Part shown: positions 41,408-52,908 of the stretch, piece after piece
How the letters are laid out: the number at the start of each line of letters is the position of its first letter
How positions within the stretch are numbered: the first letter of the stretch is position 1
DNA from: an uncultured delta proteobacterium
GTDB lineage: Bacteria > Myxococcota_A > Polyangia > Fen-1088
Direction of reading: 5' to 3'
Length of the DNA stretch: 64,000 nt
Assembly: GCA_963737265.1 (NCBI GenBank)
Contig: CAVTRY010000011.1
Span: 160,001-224,000, forward strand
The notes under the pieces: generated by a model
Seen by the model: the letters and a program-made list of their open reading frames with translations, nothing else
Told to the model about the DNA's origin: nothing
Databases searched by the model: none
Program-made: the position numbers and the translations under genes

Positions 41408-43523
41408 TTACTTTGCAAGGCGCATGATCTTGGCGCCGTTCGACCAGTAGAGCGCGGTTGCGTCCTGATATAGGCCGTTTTGCGAAACCTGGCCGGTGGC
41501 GAGAGCCTTCTTCGTTCCGGCGCAGCTCGACGGCGAGCACTTGAACAGGCTGCCGTCGCTTTGCAGCCAGTAGACTCCGCCTGCATCTTCGGTTGCGCCG
41601 TTTAGGCTTGCACCTCCGAGATCGATGAGGGACGGCGGCACCGCGGCGGCGTCTCCGGGCAAAGCCACTCGGTAGAGCCCGGCCGGACCGGTGAGCAGTA
41701 CGGACACCGCGTTCACGTCGACGATTGCATAGGTGTCGACGTACAGGTAGCCCGAGAGTGCCAGCAAGTTGGGACTGGATTCACTGACGGAATACAGGAC
41801 AGAATCGTCGACGCTACCGTCCGTCTGGTAGAGTGTTCGAAGAAAATAGACGGCGTCGCCAGACGCGAAAGGCGTGCCGTAGCTCCAGGTAGGTGGAATT
41901 GAATCGGTAAATGTTTGCACGGCGGTGGTGCTGTTGAGCGGGTACCATGTGACCGACGGGGTGCTCGCGGTATACAAGTTGAGCGTCGCGATGTACGGCT
42001 GCGAGGTGCTCTTGAAGGGGACGAGCAGCCCGGCGCCAGGCCCGGTACCCGGAACTGCAACTCTTGTGCTCGCGCACTCGGAGGGATTGGTGGAGCTAAA
42101 CGCGCACACATTGCTGAAATTGTAGTTGCCTCCTAAGAAAAGCTGGTTGCCGATCACCCCTTGGTAGGCGGACACGAGACCGGCGGTGTCGATGATTGAC
42201 CCAGTCCCACCTGTGAGTGTCTTTTGGACTTGGAAGGCGCTGGGGAGATTGGTCACCGCATTCATGACGTAGTAGTATACATAGCTCACGTCGACTCCGA
42301 GAATTGGGGAATACGTCTGCCCAGTATTTCCGACCACCGCGGCTGGCTGGCACTGTCCGGAAACGCACGTTCCTCCGAGGCAACCATGACCACAGGTGCC
42401 ACAGTTGCTCGCGTCGTTGCCGGACGTATTGACACACGAATTTCCGCACACCGTTTGGGAGCAGGCACAACTTCCCGTTCGAGCAGGTGTAGCCGGTCTG
42501 ACATGCGGTCTGGTCTTGCCAGGCGCCACTCGAAGTGCAGATCTGAGGAACCCCGGTCGTCGGATTGCACCGAGTTTTGGTTGGGACGCAGACACCCGTG
42601 CAACCACCGGAAGCCACCACGCAGGCGGAGTCGCAGGTCGTTGCTTGAGGAGTGTTGCAAGTACCGCTAGCGCAAGTCCCGGCGGCTTGGTAGCTGCTGC
42701 CGTTGCAAGACGCGGTTCCACACGCCGAGCTTGGGTAGAAGCATGCGGCGCTCGTTCCGTCGCACTTGCCGGCGCAGGCGAAACCCGCACCCGCACAGGC
42801 CATGTGGTTGATGTTCGGTGTCGAATTGGCTGCCAGCGTTGTGCAGGTTCCGGGCGAGGCGGCAAGGTTGCACGCCTCGCAGGATCCGGTGCAAACCTTG
42901 TCGCAGCACACACCATCGACGCATTTGCCGAGGACGCAGTCGGTGCCCGCGGAACACGCCTTCCCCAAGGGCAAGAGTGCCGGAGCGTCGCTCGGACCGT
43001 CGAGAGCCACGTCAAAAGCCGCATCGAGCGTCGCATCGAGGCCGCTGCCTCCAGCACTCGAGCCACCGCCACCGCTCGCGCTGCCACCTGCGCCGCCATC
43101 CGCGATTCCGCCTCCCGCGCCGCCAGCGCCGCTGTCTCCGGCACTCGTGCCACCGCCACCGCTTGTGATACCGCCGCTGGCGGGTGCGTCGGCGACAGTT
43201 CCGCCGTTGGCGCTGCCACCAGAGCCGCTACCCGCGATTCCGTCGCCCGCACCGCCGGATCCGCTGTCGACGGCACCGCCGCCGGTCCCACCGCTCGACG
43301 ACGCTCCATCGAACACAATTTTGACGTCCGCGATCAGTCCCGCCCCGTCGCTAGGCGCGGCTGCCTCGCTCGCGCCACCGCCCCCATCGCTCTGCTTGCC
43401 ACCGGCCGCGCTATCGCTTACGGGCAGGCTGACCGCCTTGCCGAAACACCCTGATAGGGTGACGATGATGACGAGGGACATGCCGCAAATAACGCGGGTG
43501 GCCGGCAAAGGATAGGGTCGCAT
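41408..43523 (-). CDS. Cys-rich surface lipoprotein with Gly/Ser linker and C-terminal beta-propeller (frameshift near 42475)
   Basis: Lipobox SGC, GS-rich linker, CVDGVCCDKVCTGSCEAC, then NCGTCGHGCLGGTC and propeller-like ALYWS in a second frame. Confidence 0.75.
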
Positions 43524-44298
43524 TAGAAACTTCCTTTCAGCATCATCGCCGCCCCATCCGGAGCCAGAATGGGCAAGAGGGCAACGCCACCCGTCCGGTC
43601 GTTTGGCCAGCCCACGATGTAGAGGACCGCGCCGGTGGCGATGGCGGCGGCGCCGAAGCCATAGCTGACCCATCCCCAGGTCTCCAGCGATTTGCGCTGG
43701 TTTTCCTTATCCACCGTGGCTCCGTGCTTTTGCTCGTCGGAAGAAATGCTCTGCGTCTTCACGGCCAAACCAACGCCGGTTCCGACGGCGGCCAATCCCA
43801 CCGCCGCGCAAACGATTCCATCCACCAGCTGTGGCGCCGGCTTGGCGGACACTGCGGGGTGCGCAACTTCGTCTGCTGGTACAGGCGGCTGCGTCTCCAC
43901 ATGAACTACCTGTTGTGAACTCGGGGCTGGCAATGGTAAAATGTCGCCAGATTGGCCGAGGGACGCTTCGCAGTCGTCGATCTGGCGTTCGGTTTCGGCC
44001 CGGTCGCCGTCCGAAAGATTCTTGGCTTTGCGCAAATATTCGCGGAAACGAAGGACAGCTTGCGACCATCGACCGTTTTGTTGGTAGCAGCGGGCCTGAT
44101 TATAGACATACGTGTAGTCGTTCGTCGAAAGAAAGAGGTCGGTGAGAATTTCAGCGCCCTTCTGGTAGTCCCCCAGGGCGCATGCCCTCTTGGCTGCCTT
44201 TTCCCTGGCGCCCGTCGACGCGACTTTTTCCGCGGAAGCAGTTCCGCCGAGGCAACCATCGCGAAAACAAGGACCAGAGAAGAGAATAAGCGCGCCAT
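43523..44298 (-). CDS. TPR protein with C-terminal hydrophobic hairpin (frameshift near 44250)
   Basis: Signal peptide MARLFSSLVLVFAMV, then ACALGDYQKGAEIL..YNQARCYQQNGRWSQAVLRFREYLRK in the frame of ORF 43523..44035. Confidence 0.7.
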
Positions 44299-44424
44299 GT
44301 TAATGGCATCGTATACCATGCCGTGATTTTCAGCGCATCGGAAAAACGACTTTCGAGGTTGATGACGGATGGCGCCGAAGACCGGTCCGACTTCCACCAC
44401 GGGCTGCTCGGCTCTCGGGGATCG

Positions 44425-45897
44425 TCAGGGGTGGGTCGCGTAGGTGTTTGGCGCCGCTAGACCATTCTTAACACCCGTCATGATTCCACTGACAATCGTC
44501 GGATACACCTGACCGCCCGTGCTTCGGTTGAAGAGGATGTAGTCGCCCCCGTCGTCCCACCAGATGGGGACGATGCCAGCCGTTGTTGTGTCTTGAGCAT
44601 AGGCCAGGGCGTGCGGGGCCCTTTGCGCCGTTAATTGGCCTTTCTGGGATCCCCATTCGCCGACGAAAATGACCTGGGTGGGCAACCAGACCCGGATCGC
44701 CTTGGTAATGGACTCTTCCATGGCGGTATAGTCCGCCGCCGTAGTTCCCCAGTTGACTTGGTTATTGCTCAGGCAGAAATTGGGATTCTGATTGGGGAAA
44801 TAGGTGTGCAGCGAGATCACGAGATTGGGGTCGTTGATAAAGCTCACCTTCTGTATCGACTTGATGCCACCCTCGTCGGGGCTAGCGCCGCACGGTTGGA
44901 TCATGACGATGCGCGTGGCATTGGCTCCGGCGGTGTTTCGGATCGCTTTGAAGCACGCCTCGAGGTACATGTTGAGATCGGTTTGCGCCGTCGGGGTGTT
45001 GTCGCCGTTGTTCACGTTGGGCTCATTGAAGCACTCGAACATCAGGTGACTATTGAAGGACTTGAAGGACGTGGCGATCTGGGTCCAGACCGCCGTGACC
45101 TCGTCCGCCACGCCCTGGGCCGCCGAGGTTGACGCGGGGAAGGTCACCCACCCGCTTCCATTCGCATCCGCTTCGTGGTGGGTGTTGACGAAGACGTACA
45201 TCCCGGCATCGACCGCCCACTGTGCCGTTCGCGTGACCTTGGCCATCCACGCCGAATCGATGGTGTAGGCGGGGCCGGCGCCGAGGTGCTTGGTCCAGGT
45301 TACCGGGAGCCTCAGCGTGTTGAACCCGGCCGAATGGACGGCGTTGATCAGGGCTTGCGTCGGTTCGGGGTTGCCCCAGCCGAGCTCGTCGGGGTCCGCA
45401 TCGAAGGAGTTGCCCAGATTCCAGCCCGGAGCCATGAGCTGGGCGGCCTGCTGCGGAGTGAGTTGCCCGGTTGTGCCGCCGCCGCTGACCGTGGTCCCGC
45501 CCGCACCCGTGGATCCGCCGGTGGTCGCGATTCCGCCGCTCGCCTGGCCTCCCGTGGTTGGCTGCGTCGTTCCGCCCGTGCCGGAAACGCCGCCAGTCCC
45601 AGAGCTTCCACCGGTTCCCGTCGCGCCCGCTCCGGCCGAGCCTCCCGTTGCCACGTTGCCGCCGGTTCCGGGCGCGCCACCTGAGCTGATCTTTCCGCCC
45701 GCTGCGGGTTGGGTCGCGCCGCCGGCGCTGGTCATGCCGCCCGAGCTGGTGCCTCCAGCGCTGGTCGCGCCACCCGTCGTTTGCGCGCCGCCACTGCCCA
45801 GGGCTCCTCCTTCGCCGGTCCCGCCGGCCGGCTTGGACGACGAGCATGCCGCGAGGGCAAGGCTCAAGATGGTAGCGAACATCCAACGTAGCTTCAT
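44425..45897 (-). CDS. GH5 glycoside hydrolase lipoprotein with Gly/Thr linker
   Basis: Lipobox AAC, GWNLGN, GFNTLRLPVTW, NTHHE, FNEP (acid/base), HTY, VGEWG (nucleophile) and WWDD motifs. Confidence 0.9.
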   Translation of the reverse strand: MKLRWMFATILSLALAACSSSKPAGGTGEGGALGSGGAQTTGGATSAGGTSSGGMTSAGGATQPAAGGKISSGGAPGTGGNVATGGSAGAGATGTGGSSGTGGVSGTGGTTQPTTGGQASGGIATTGGSTGAGGTTVSGGGTTGQLTPQQAAQLMAPGWNLGNSFDADPDELGWGNPEPTQALINAVHSAGFNTLRLPVTWTKHLGAGPAYTIDSAWMAKVTRTAQWAVDAGMYVFVNTHHEADANGSGWVTFPASTSAAQGVADEVTAVWTQIATSFKSFNSHLMFECFNEPNVNNGDNTPTAQTDLNMYLEACFKAIRNTAGANATRIVMIQPCGASPDEGGIKSIQKVSFINDPNLVISLHTYFPNQNPNFCLSNNQVNWGTTAADYTAMEESITKAIRVWLPTQVIFVGEWGSQKGQLTAQRAPHALAYAQDTTTAGIVPIWWDDGGDYILFNRSTGGQVYPTIVSGIMTGVKNGLAAPNTYATHP

Positions 45898-45962
45898 GAC
45901 TTCTCCTTGTGTCTGGCTTCCGGGACCCAGACTAAGGAATGTGGGGCCGTCATTGGAACCTT

Positions 45963-47995
45963 CTACTTCCACTGCGCGCGCAGGTGCCCGGCCACGTCGA
46001 CCCGGCTGGTGACGGCGGCCGCCATGGGGAGGTTCTCGCGGCGTTGTTGGGGCGCGACGTGGTCGAGGTGGGCAAGCACGCTGTCGGCCAGAAAACGACT
46101 GCGCGGCGTGATGACGTGGCGGTCACCGTGACGGCTTTGCTGGCGGATGAAGAAGCGCAACGGGTGGATCATGGTCAGCGTGTTTTTTGCGCGGGTCATG
46201 GCCACGTAGAGCAGGCGCCGCTCTTCTTCGATTTCGTCGGCGCGCCCGGTGGCCAAGTCCGACGGAATGCAGCCGTCGGCCACGCTGAGCACGTAGACGG
46301 TGTCCCATTCCTGGCCCTTGGCCGAATGAATGGTGGACAGAATCAGGAAGTCCTCGTCGAGGTGGGGCGGGCCAGCCAGGGCGCCGGCGCCTTCGGGCGG
46401 ATCCAGCGTGAGTTCGGAAAGGAAGCGCTCGCGCGACGGCGCGGCGTCGGCCAGGCGTTCGATTTGGTCGAGATCCGCCAGGCGCGCGCGCGCGTTGTCG
46501 TACAAACGTTCCAGGTGAGGTTCGTAGAACCGGCGTACGCGCGCGAGCTGGCCCGGCCAGGGCGTGCTGGGCTCGGTTAGGGTCCGCACCATTTCGGAAA
46601 GGGCAGGCCAGTCCTCGGCGGCGGCGGCCGGCGGCGGGAAACGGAGAATGGCCGAGGCGAGGGTTACCCGATCCGTCGCCACCGCGTCTTGAACCCGACG
46701 GGCCAGCACAGGGCCGACGCCGGGCAGAAGTTGCAGCACACGCGCCGATGCGAGGCCGTCGCGCGGATTTTCAGCCCAGCGCAGGCAGGCGAGGGCGTCC
46801 TTGACGTGCGCGGCTTCGAGAAAGCGCAGACCGCCGAACTTCACGAAGGGAATGTTCTGCGCCCGAGCTCGACTTCAAGCGCGTCGCTGTGGTGGGCGGT
46901 GCGGAAGAGCACTGCCTGCTGCTTGAGCAGAACGCCGGCCTCGCGCTGTTCGAGGACGCGATCCGCGACGAAGCTGGCCTGGGCGTCTTCGTCGTCGACG
47001 GTGACGAGCTTCGGTCGCGCGCCGCCCTTGCGCGTGGTGAAGAGATCCTTGGTGAAGCGTTCGGTGGCAAGTCCAATGACGGCGTTGGCCGCGGCAAGAA
47101 TCGGCTGGGTCGAACGGTAGTTCTGCGCCAGTGTCAGCACGGTGGCGGTGGGCGCGAACTGTTTGGGGAAATCCAGAATGTTGCGCACGGTGGCCGCGCG
47201 AAAGGCGTAAATCGATTGAGCGTCGTCGCCCACCACGCACACACCTTTTCCGTCGGGGCGCAGGCGGCGCAGGATCTCGGCTTGCAGTACGTTGGTGTCC
47301 TGGTATTCGTCGACCAGGATGTGATCGAAGAGGCCGGAAATCGCCGCCGCCACGCCCGGGTCGCCCACCAGATGGTACCAATAGAGCAGCAGATCGTCGT
47401 AATCGAGCACCTGGCGGCCGAGCTTGGCCTCCACATAGCCCGCGAACAGCCCGCGCAGGGCATCTTCCCATTCGAGGCACCAGGGAAAGGCATGTTCGAG
47501 ACAAGCGCGCAGCGACGATTGTGTGTTCACTACCCGCGAATAGATGGCCAGCGCGGTGCCTTTACGCGGAAAGCGCCGCTGCTGCTGAGCCAGGCCGGAC
47601 TCGGCGCGCACGGCATCGATCAAATCCGCGGAATCCTCGCGGTCGAGCAGGGTGAAGCTTGGGTCCAGCCCGACGACTTGGGCGTGCTGGCGCAAGAATC
47701 GATTGGCCATGGCATGGAAGGTGCCGGCCCAAGGCAAGGTTCCGTCGAGGTCGCGCTGCCGTCCCGCCAGGCGCGCTGCCCGCCGGATCATCTCGACCGC
47801 CGCTCTACGCGTGAAGGTGAGCAAGAGAATCCGCCGCGGATCCACGCCGCGCTCGATGAGCGCCGCCACCCTATGTGCGAGCGTCTGCGTCTTGCCCGAC
47901 CCCGCACCCGCGATGACCAGCAGTGGCCCGTTGCCGTGCGCACATGCCGCGGCCTGCGCTTCGTTGAGGGGAGCTGCGCTACTTGTCGGGGCCAT
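45963..47995 (-). CDS. UvrD/Rep-family SF1 helicase (frameshift near 46857)
   Basis: AGAGSGKT, VDEYQD, VGDDAQSIY and NYRS; second frame continues KFGG, STIHSAKGQEW and EERRLLYVAMTRA. Confidence 0.9.
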
Positions 47996-48005
47996 CCAAC
48001 GTATA

Positions 48006-48021
48006 CTAGGCAAATGTTCAG
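48006..48021. promoter_or_regulatory. putative LexA box upstream of the helicase
   Basis: CTAGGC-AAAT-GTTCAG, one perfect half-site of the box at 53650, 10 bp from the ATG. Confidence 0.55.
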
Positions 48022-48125
48022 CTAGCGCAAGATTGCAGAAGCGTCTTTACATATTCGCTCTGCTTTCTCACGATGAAGGTGCGGCGCTTGTTGCGCAGTG
48101 GTCGCATCGAATGACGTCCAGCGTC

Positions 48126-51100
48126 TCATCTGAAATCGTGGGAGATGTCGCGGGCGCTCTCGGCGCTGTCGAGGAGCCAGAAGCGATCGGCTTTGAGCGA
48201 TGTAACTCCTTCGTGTTGTTGGACGAGGCCGCGTATGACCAGGGCGCGGGCGCTGACGATGAGGGAGCGTTGGGCGGCGAACAGGGCAGCGGGTACGATG
48301 GCGTTGGCGAAGCCGGTTTCGTCCTCGACGGTGACGAAGACGAAACCCTTGGCGGTGGATGGCTGCTGGCGGACTATCACCAAGCCGGCGACCACAGCGT
48401 GTCGGCCGCCGGCTGTCTGTTGCAGCTCGGCCGCCGAGAGCACGCCACGCGCTTGCAAGCGCTCGCGCACGAACGACATGGGATGCGCGCCGGCAGTTAG
48501 CCCGGTGCCGCGAAAGTCGGCGGCGACTTCTTCGCCGGGGGTCATTTCAGGCAGGGGCGAAGAAGAGTGCTTTTTCACCACAGAGAGCACGGAGGGCACA
48601 GAGGGGACAGAGGTCGGAAGGGAATGGGTTCTCGGATACTGAATCCGAGCTCCTTCTAGATCCGTGCCCACTGCATCCTCTGTTCTCTCCGCGCTCTCTG
48701 TGCTCTCTGTGGTGAAAACATCTGGCTGCGCATCTCCAGCTTCCACGCCGGCGAACAGCTCGCCGGCGCTGCCGAAGGCTTCCAGTTGCCACATCGTCTG
48801 CCGACGCGTGCTACCGAGGGCCGCGAAGGCGCCGACCTCGGCCAACGTGGCGCGCTCGCTGGCCTTCAAGTCCACGCGGCGGCACAGATCGCCGAGCGAC
48901 GAAAACGGACGCGCCGCCGTCAATTGCTGGGCCATCTCCGCGCGCAGGCCGCGCACGTATTTCAATCCCACGCGAATGGCGGTGACCGGAGCGCCATTTT
49001 CCCCGCGCACATCTTCCAAGGTGCACGCCCACTGCGAGCGGGTGACGTCCACCGGCAGGCAGGGCACGCCGTGGCGTTGGGCATCCTTCACCAGCGTGGC
49101 CGGGTGATAGAAGCCCATGGGAAAGTTGTTCAGCAGCGCGCACGCGAACGCGGCCGGGTGATGGGCCTTGAGATAGGCCGAGGCGTAGGCGATGAGCGCG
49201 AACGAGGCGGCGTGCGATTCGGGAAAGCCATAGAGCGCGAACGACTTGATGCCCTGGACGATTTCTTCCTGCGCCTTGCGCGCGATTCCCTTGCGGGTCA
49301 TGCCGGCGTACAGCTCGCCCTCGATGACCTGCATGCGCTCGAACGGAGCGCTTGAATCCCATGGCCCGGCGCAATTCCTCGGCCTGCCCGCCGCTGAAGC
49401 CGGCCGCGGTCATGGCGATGCGAATGAGTTGCTCCTGAAACAAAGGGATCCCGAGCGTGCGGCGCAAGATGGGTTCCAGCGACGGGTGGGGATAGCGCAC
49501 GGGCTCCTGACCGTTGCGGCGGGCGAGGTAGGGATTCACCATTTTTCCGACGATGGGACCGGGGCGGATGATGGCCACCTCGACCACCAGATCGTAGAAG
49601 CGTTCGGGGCGCATGCGCGGCAGCGTGGCCATCTGCGCGCGCGATTCAACCTGGAACACGCCCACCGTGTCGGCGGCTCTGAGCATGCGGTAGACAGTCG
49701 GATCGTCGGGCGGCAGATGGGCGAAGTCGATGGCGATGCCGTGGTGGGAACGCAGCAGCGCGGCGGATTCTTCCAGCACGGCCAGCATGCCGAGGCCCAG
49801 CAGATCCACCTTGACGATGCCGAGGTCGGCGCAGTCGTCCTTATCCCATTGCACGACCACCCGGCCAGGCATGGTCGCCGGTTCCAGCGGTACGATTTCG
49901 TCGAGGCGGCCGGATGCGATCACCATGCCACCCGAGTGCTGGCCGAGATGCCGAGGCAAATTCAACATGGCGGTGGCAATGTCGGCGAGCAAGCGCGTGC
50001 GAGCATCGTCGGCGGGAAATCCCGCTTCGGTGATGAAAGCGGACAGCGGTTTGTCGTCAGGCACAACCCAGCCCGGCAAGTGGCGCGCGATGCGATCCAA
50101 TTGCTCTTCGGCGAAACCCAAGGCGCGGCCGCAGTCGCGCACTGCCAAACGCGGGCGGTAGGTGATCACGTTGGCGGTCATGGCGGCACCGCGCGCGCCG
50201 TACTTGCGGTACACGTACTGAATCACTTCCTCGCGCTGGTCGCCCGACGGCAGATCCAGGTCGATGTCGGGCATGCGATCGGTTGCGTTGCTGGCGCTTC
50301 TGACTCGCTCCTCGGACAGGAAGCGTTCAAAAAGTAATTCCATGCCCACGGGATCGACGGCGGTGATGCCAAGGGCATAGCAGGTGGCGCTGTTGGCGGC
50401 CGACCCGCGCCCTTGCACCATGATGTCCCGCTCGCGCGCGAAGCGCACGATGTCCCAGACCACCAGGAAGTACCCGGCAAGTTCCAGCTTGCCGATCACC
50501 CGCAGCTCGTGTTCAAGCTGCGCGCGTACTTTGTTGGTCACGGGTCGGTAGCGGCCGGCGGCGCCTTGCCAGGTCATCTTTTCGAGGAAGCTCTGCTGGG
50601 TTTCGCCCTCGGGTACGGGATAGAGCGGGAAGGTGTAGCCGAGGTCGGCCAGGGTAAAGGCGCAACGTTCGGCGATGGCGCGCGTCGCGTGCATGGCCGC
50701 CGGCACATCGCGGAACAGCGCGGCCATGTCGGCGGGACGCTTGAGGAAGCGTTCGCTGTTACAGGACAACCGACGTCCGATTTCGTCCACGCTGACTTTT
50801 GCGCGCAGGCAGGTCAGCACGTCGTGAACGCGTTGTTGCTTAACTGAAGCGTAGCGGACGTCGTTGGTCGCCACCACCGGCAGGCGATGCGCGGCGGCCA
50901 GCGCCAGCATGACCCGATTACGCTGCTCTTCCTCGGCGTCGAGGTGGCGTTGTACTTCCAGGTACAGTCGTCCCGGAAAGATACCGGCCAGCGCCGGCAA
51001 GTCGTCGCGCGGGTGCGCCCCCGCGAGGGCGACAAGTCCCGCGGCGTGCTCGGCCAGCAGGGCGTGGGTGGCGGCGCCTTCTCCCTTGGGGCGCCCCACC

Positions 51101-51411
51101 TTGGTGGCGGTGAGCAAACGACACAGATTGCGGTAGCCGCGCCGATCTTCCACCAGCAACAGCAGCGGCGGAGCTGGCGTGGCCGCTGCGAGCGCGACCT
51201 CCGCGCCCACGATGGGCCGCAGCCCCAGCTTGCTGGCCGCCTTGAAAAAGCGCGGCGCCCCGCAAAGACCGTCTCTATCGGCAAGCGCCAGCGCCTGGTG
51301 GCCCGAGGCGGCGGCGACCCCGGCCAAGTCCTCCGGTAGCGAAGCCCCGTCGAGAAAGCTGAAGGCCGAGCGGCAGCGCAACTCCACGTAGGGCGTGCAA
51401 GAGTCAGTCAT
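48126..51411 (-). CDS. dnaE2: error-prone DNA polymerase DnaE2 (frameshift near 49342; in-frame palindromic insertion)
   Basis: SAFSFLDGAS, QGRGSAANS, PDIDLD, HLGQHSGG, FQVESRAQ, YGFPESHA and C-terminal SHDFR. Confidence 0.95.
48572..48718. repeat. palindromic dispersed element, copy 2 (in-frame in dnaE2)
   Basis: Perfect 19-bp terminal inverted repeat TTTTCACCACAGAGAGCAC, extending to a ~42-bp stem; 147 bp equals 49 codons. Confidence 0.9.
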
Positions 51412-52897
51412 AGTAGCCGTCCAGAAACCACTGCCCGCTGGCGCGTTCTTTGTGCATGCGATACACGGCGCCGTCCGAGGCGTGCACGTCCCAGTATTCA
51501 CGGTGCAGCGGACTGCCGGTCCACCATTCCCCGCTGATGCGGTAGGGACCAGCGGCGATGAGCACGCGCGCCGCGGTCTCTTTTCCGCGAAACGCCGTCG
51601 GGCCATCGCGATTCACCAGCACTTCCACTTCCTGTGGCGGACGAAAGCGGCGCATGCCGAGTGCTGCCGCATCGCCGGGATTCGATTTCGCACCGTCGAG
51701 AATTGTTTCGGTCTGCAAATTCGGAGCATCGATCATCATCGCTTCTTCCCGCCACGTGTCCGCAACCCGCGGCGTACCGATGTATTCGGGCCCCACCATG
51801 GCGCCAAGGCGCGCCACCGTTGCCGCCAGTCGATCCGGGGCCGGGCCGTTTTGCCGTAGCATATCGAGTTGCATCGCCCGCACGCGCGCGGGGCGAACCA
51901 AGATGGTCATACCAGTCACGGGCGCCGAGGGCGCACGGCGTGACAACTCCAGCCGGATCAGCTGCAACAGAATACCGGGCTCGCGCGTGGGCGATTGCAG
52001 CGGCACCTCGCGCACCTCGAAGCCGCGCGGCTCGACGCCAAGGCGCAAGGTCAGCCCGGCGCAGGCCAGCCCGCGCCAGGCCAGCCGCGCCAGCGCCCGA
52101 TCGACAAGCCCGCGCAGCACGAAGGTCAGGGGATCGAGCGAATCGATGGCGTAGTCGAGATCGGTACCTTCCTCGACGGCGTCCGCGGGTGTCTGCGGCA
52201 AGAACGGCTCGTCATCTTGAGCGCGCGCAAGCCGCGCAAGCTTCGCGCCGGTCGCGCCCAGGCGAAGCGTGACGTCCTCCGCGCGTAGGCGGGCAAGCTC
52301 CCCCACCGTGTGCAGTCCCCAACGCGCGAGTGCCTGGGCGATTTCAGGCGGCGGTGCCAGCATGGCCAGCGGCAACGGCGCTAAAAACGCGCGAGCGGCG
52401 GCGGGCGACGGAGGAACGATGGCGATCTCGGCCGTGCGGCACGCGACGCGCGCCAGCCCCTTCGACGTGGCGATGCCCACGCGCACGTCCAATCCCAAGC
52501 GCGCGGCCCGCGTGCGCGCGGCGTGGGCCACGGCGGAAAGGTCGGGATAAAGCTGTCCCAGATCGCCCGCCTCGAAGAACACGCGTTCGACCTCGCTCTC
52601 GACCCGCGGTGCGAACCCGAGCCCCAGGTCGGCCAGCGCCGCCGCGGCCGCGTCCACGTCGGGCTGGCGCGCCGTCACCACCCGCAAGGAAGGCAGCACG
52701 CTTAGCGCCTGTCCCACGGTCATGGCTGGACGAACGCCAGCCGCGGCAGCCGTTACCGCCAGCACTTGCGCCCGCCCGCCCGCGCCCGCGGCCAGCGCGA
52801 ATGCCCCTGTGCGCTCCTGCGCACAGCCAAGAGCGCGCAGCACCGCCTGCAACGCCAGGTCGGGAGCATGAACGCAGGCAATACTGGACACGTGCAT
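51404..52897 (-). CDS. imuB: ImuB, Y-family polymerase-like protein
   Basis: GVRPAMTVGQA, FAPRVE, WGLHTVGELA, clamp motif QLDML, C-terminal GPYRISGEWW..REYWDV..WFLDGYYD. Confidence 0.88.
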   Translation of the reverse strand: MHVSSIACVHAPDLALQAVLRALGCAQERTGAFALAAGAGGRAQVLAVTAAAAGVRPAMTVGQALSVLPSLRVVTARQPDVDAAAAALADLGLGFAPRVESEVERVFFEAGDLGQLYPDLSAVAHAARTRAARLGLDVRVGIATSKGLARVACRTAEIAIVPPSPAAARAFLAPLPLAMLAPPPEIAQALARWGLHTVGELARLRAEDVTLRLGATGAKLARLARAQDDEPFLPQTPADAVEEGTDLDYAIDSLDPLTFVLRGLVDRALARLAWRGLACAGLTLRLGVEPRGFEVREVPLQSPTREPGILLQLIRLELSRRAPSAPVTGMTILVRPARVRAMQLDMLRQNGPAPDRLAATVARLGAMVGPEYIGTPRVADTWREEAMMIDAPNLQTETILDGAKSNPGDAAALGMRRFRPPQEVEVLVNRDGPTAFRGKETAARVLIAAGPYRISGEWWTGSPLHREYWDVHASDGAVYRMHKERASGQWFLDGYYD

Positions 52898-52908
52898 CTC
52901 GCGGACAT

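Noticed and set aside
45480-45830. Nucleotide repeats in Gly/Thr/Ser-rich linkers (also 43030-43300 and 11455-11500)
   Set aside because: These are low-complexity protein linkers, not independent DNA repeats.
46841-46870. Programmed ribosomal frameshifting in uvrD, dnaE2 or degP
   Set aside because: There are no slippery heptamers, and the number of such breaks in unrelated genes favours sequencing error.
48572-48718. Intein or self-splicing intron in dnaE2
   Set aside because: There are no Cys/Ser start or His-Asn end motifs, it is too short, and no group I/II features are visible. It is a palindromic repeat.
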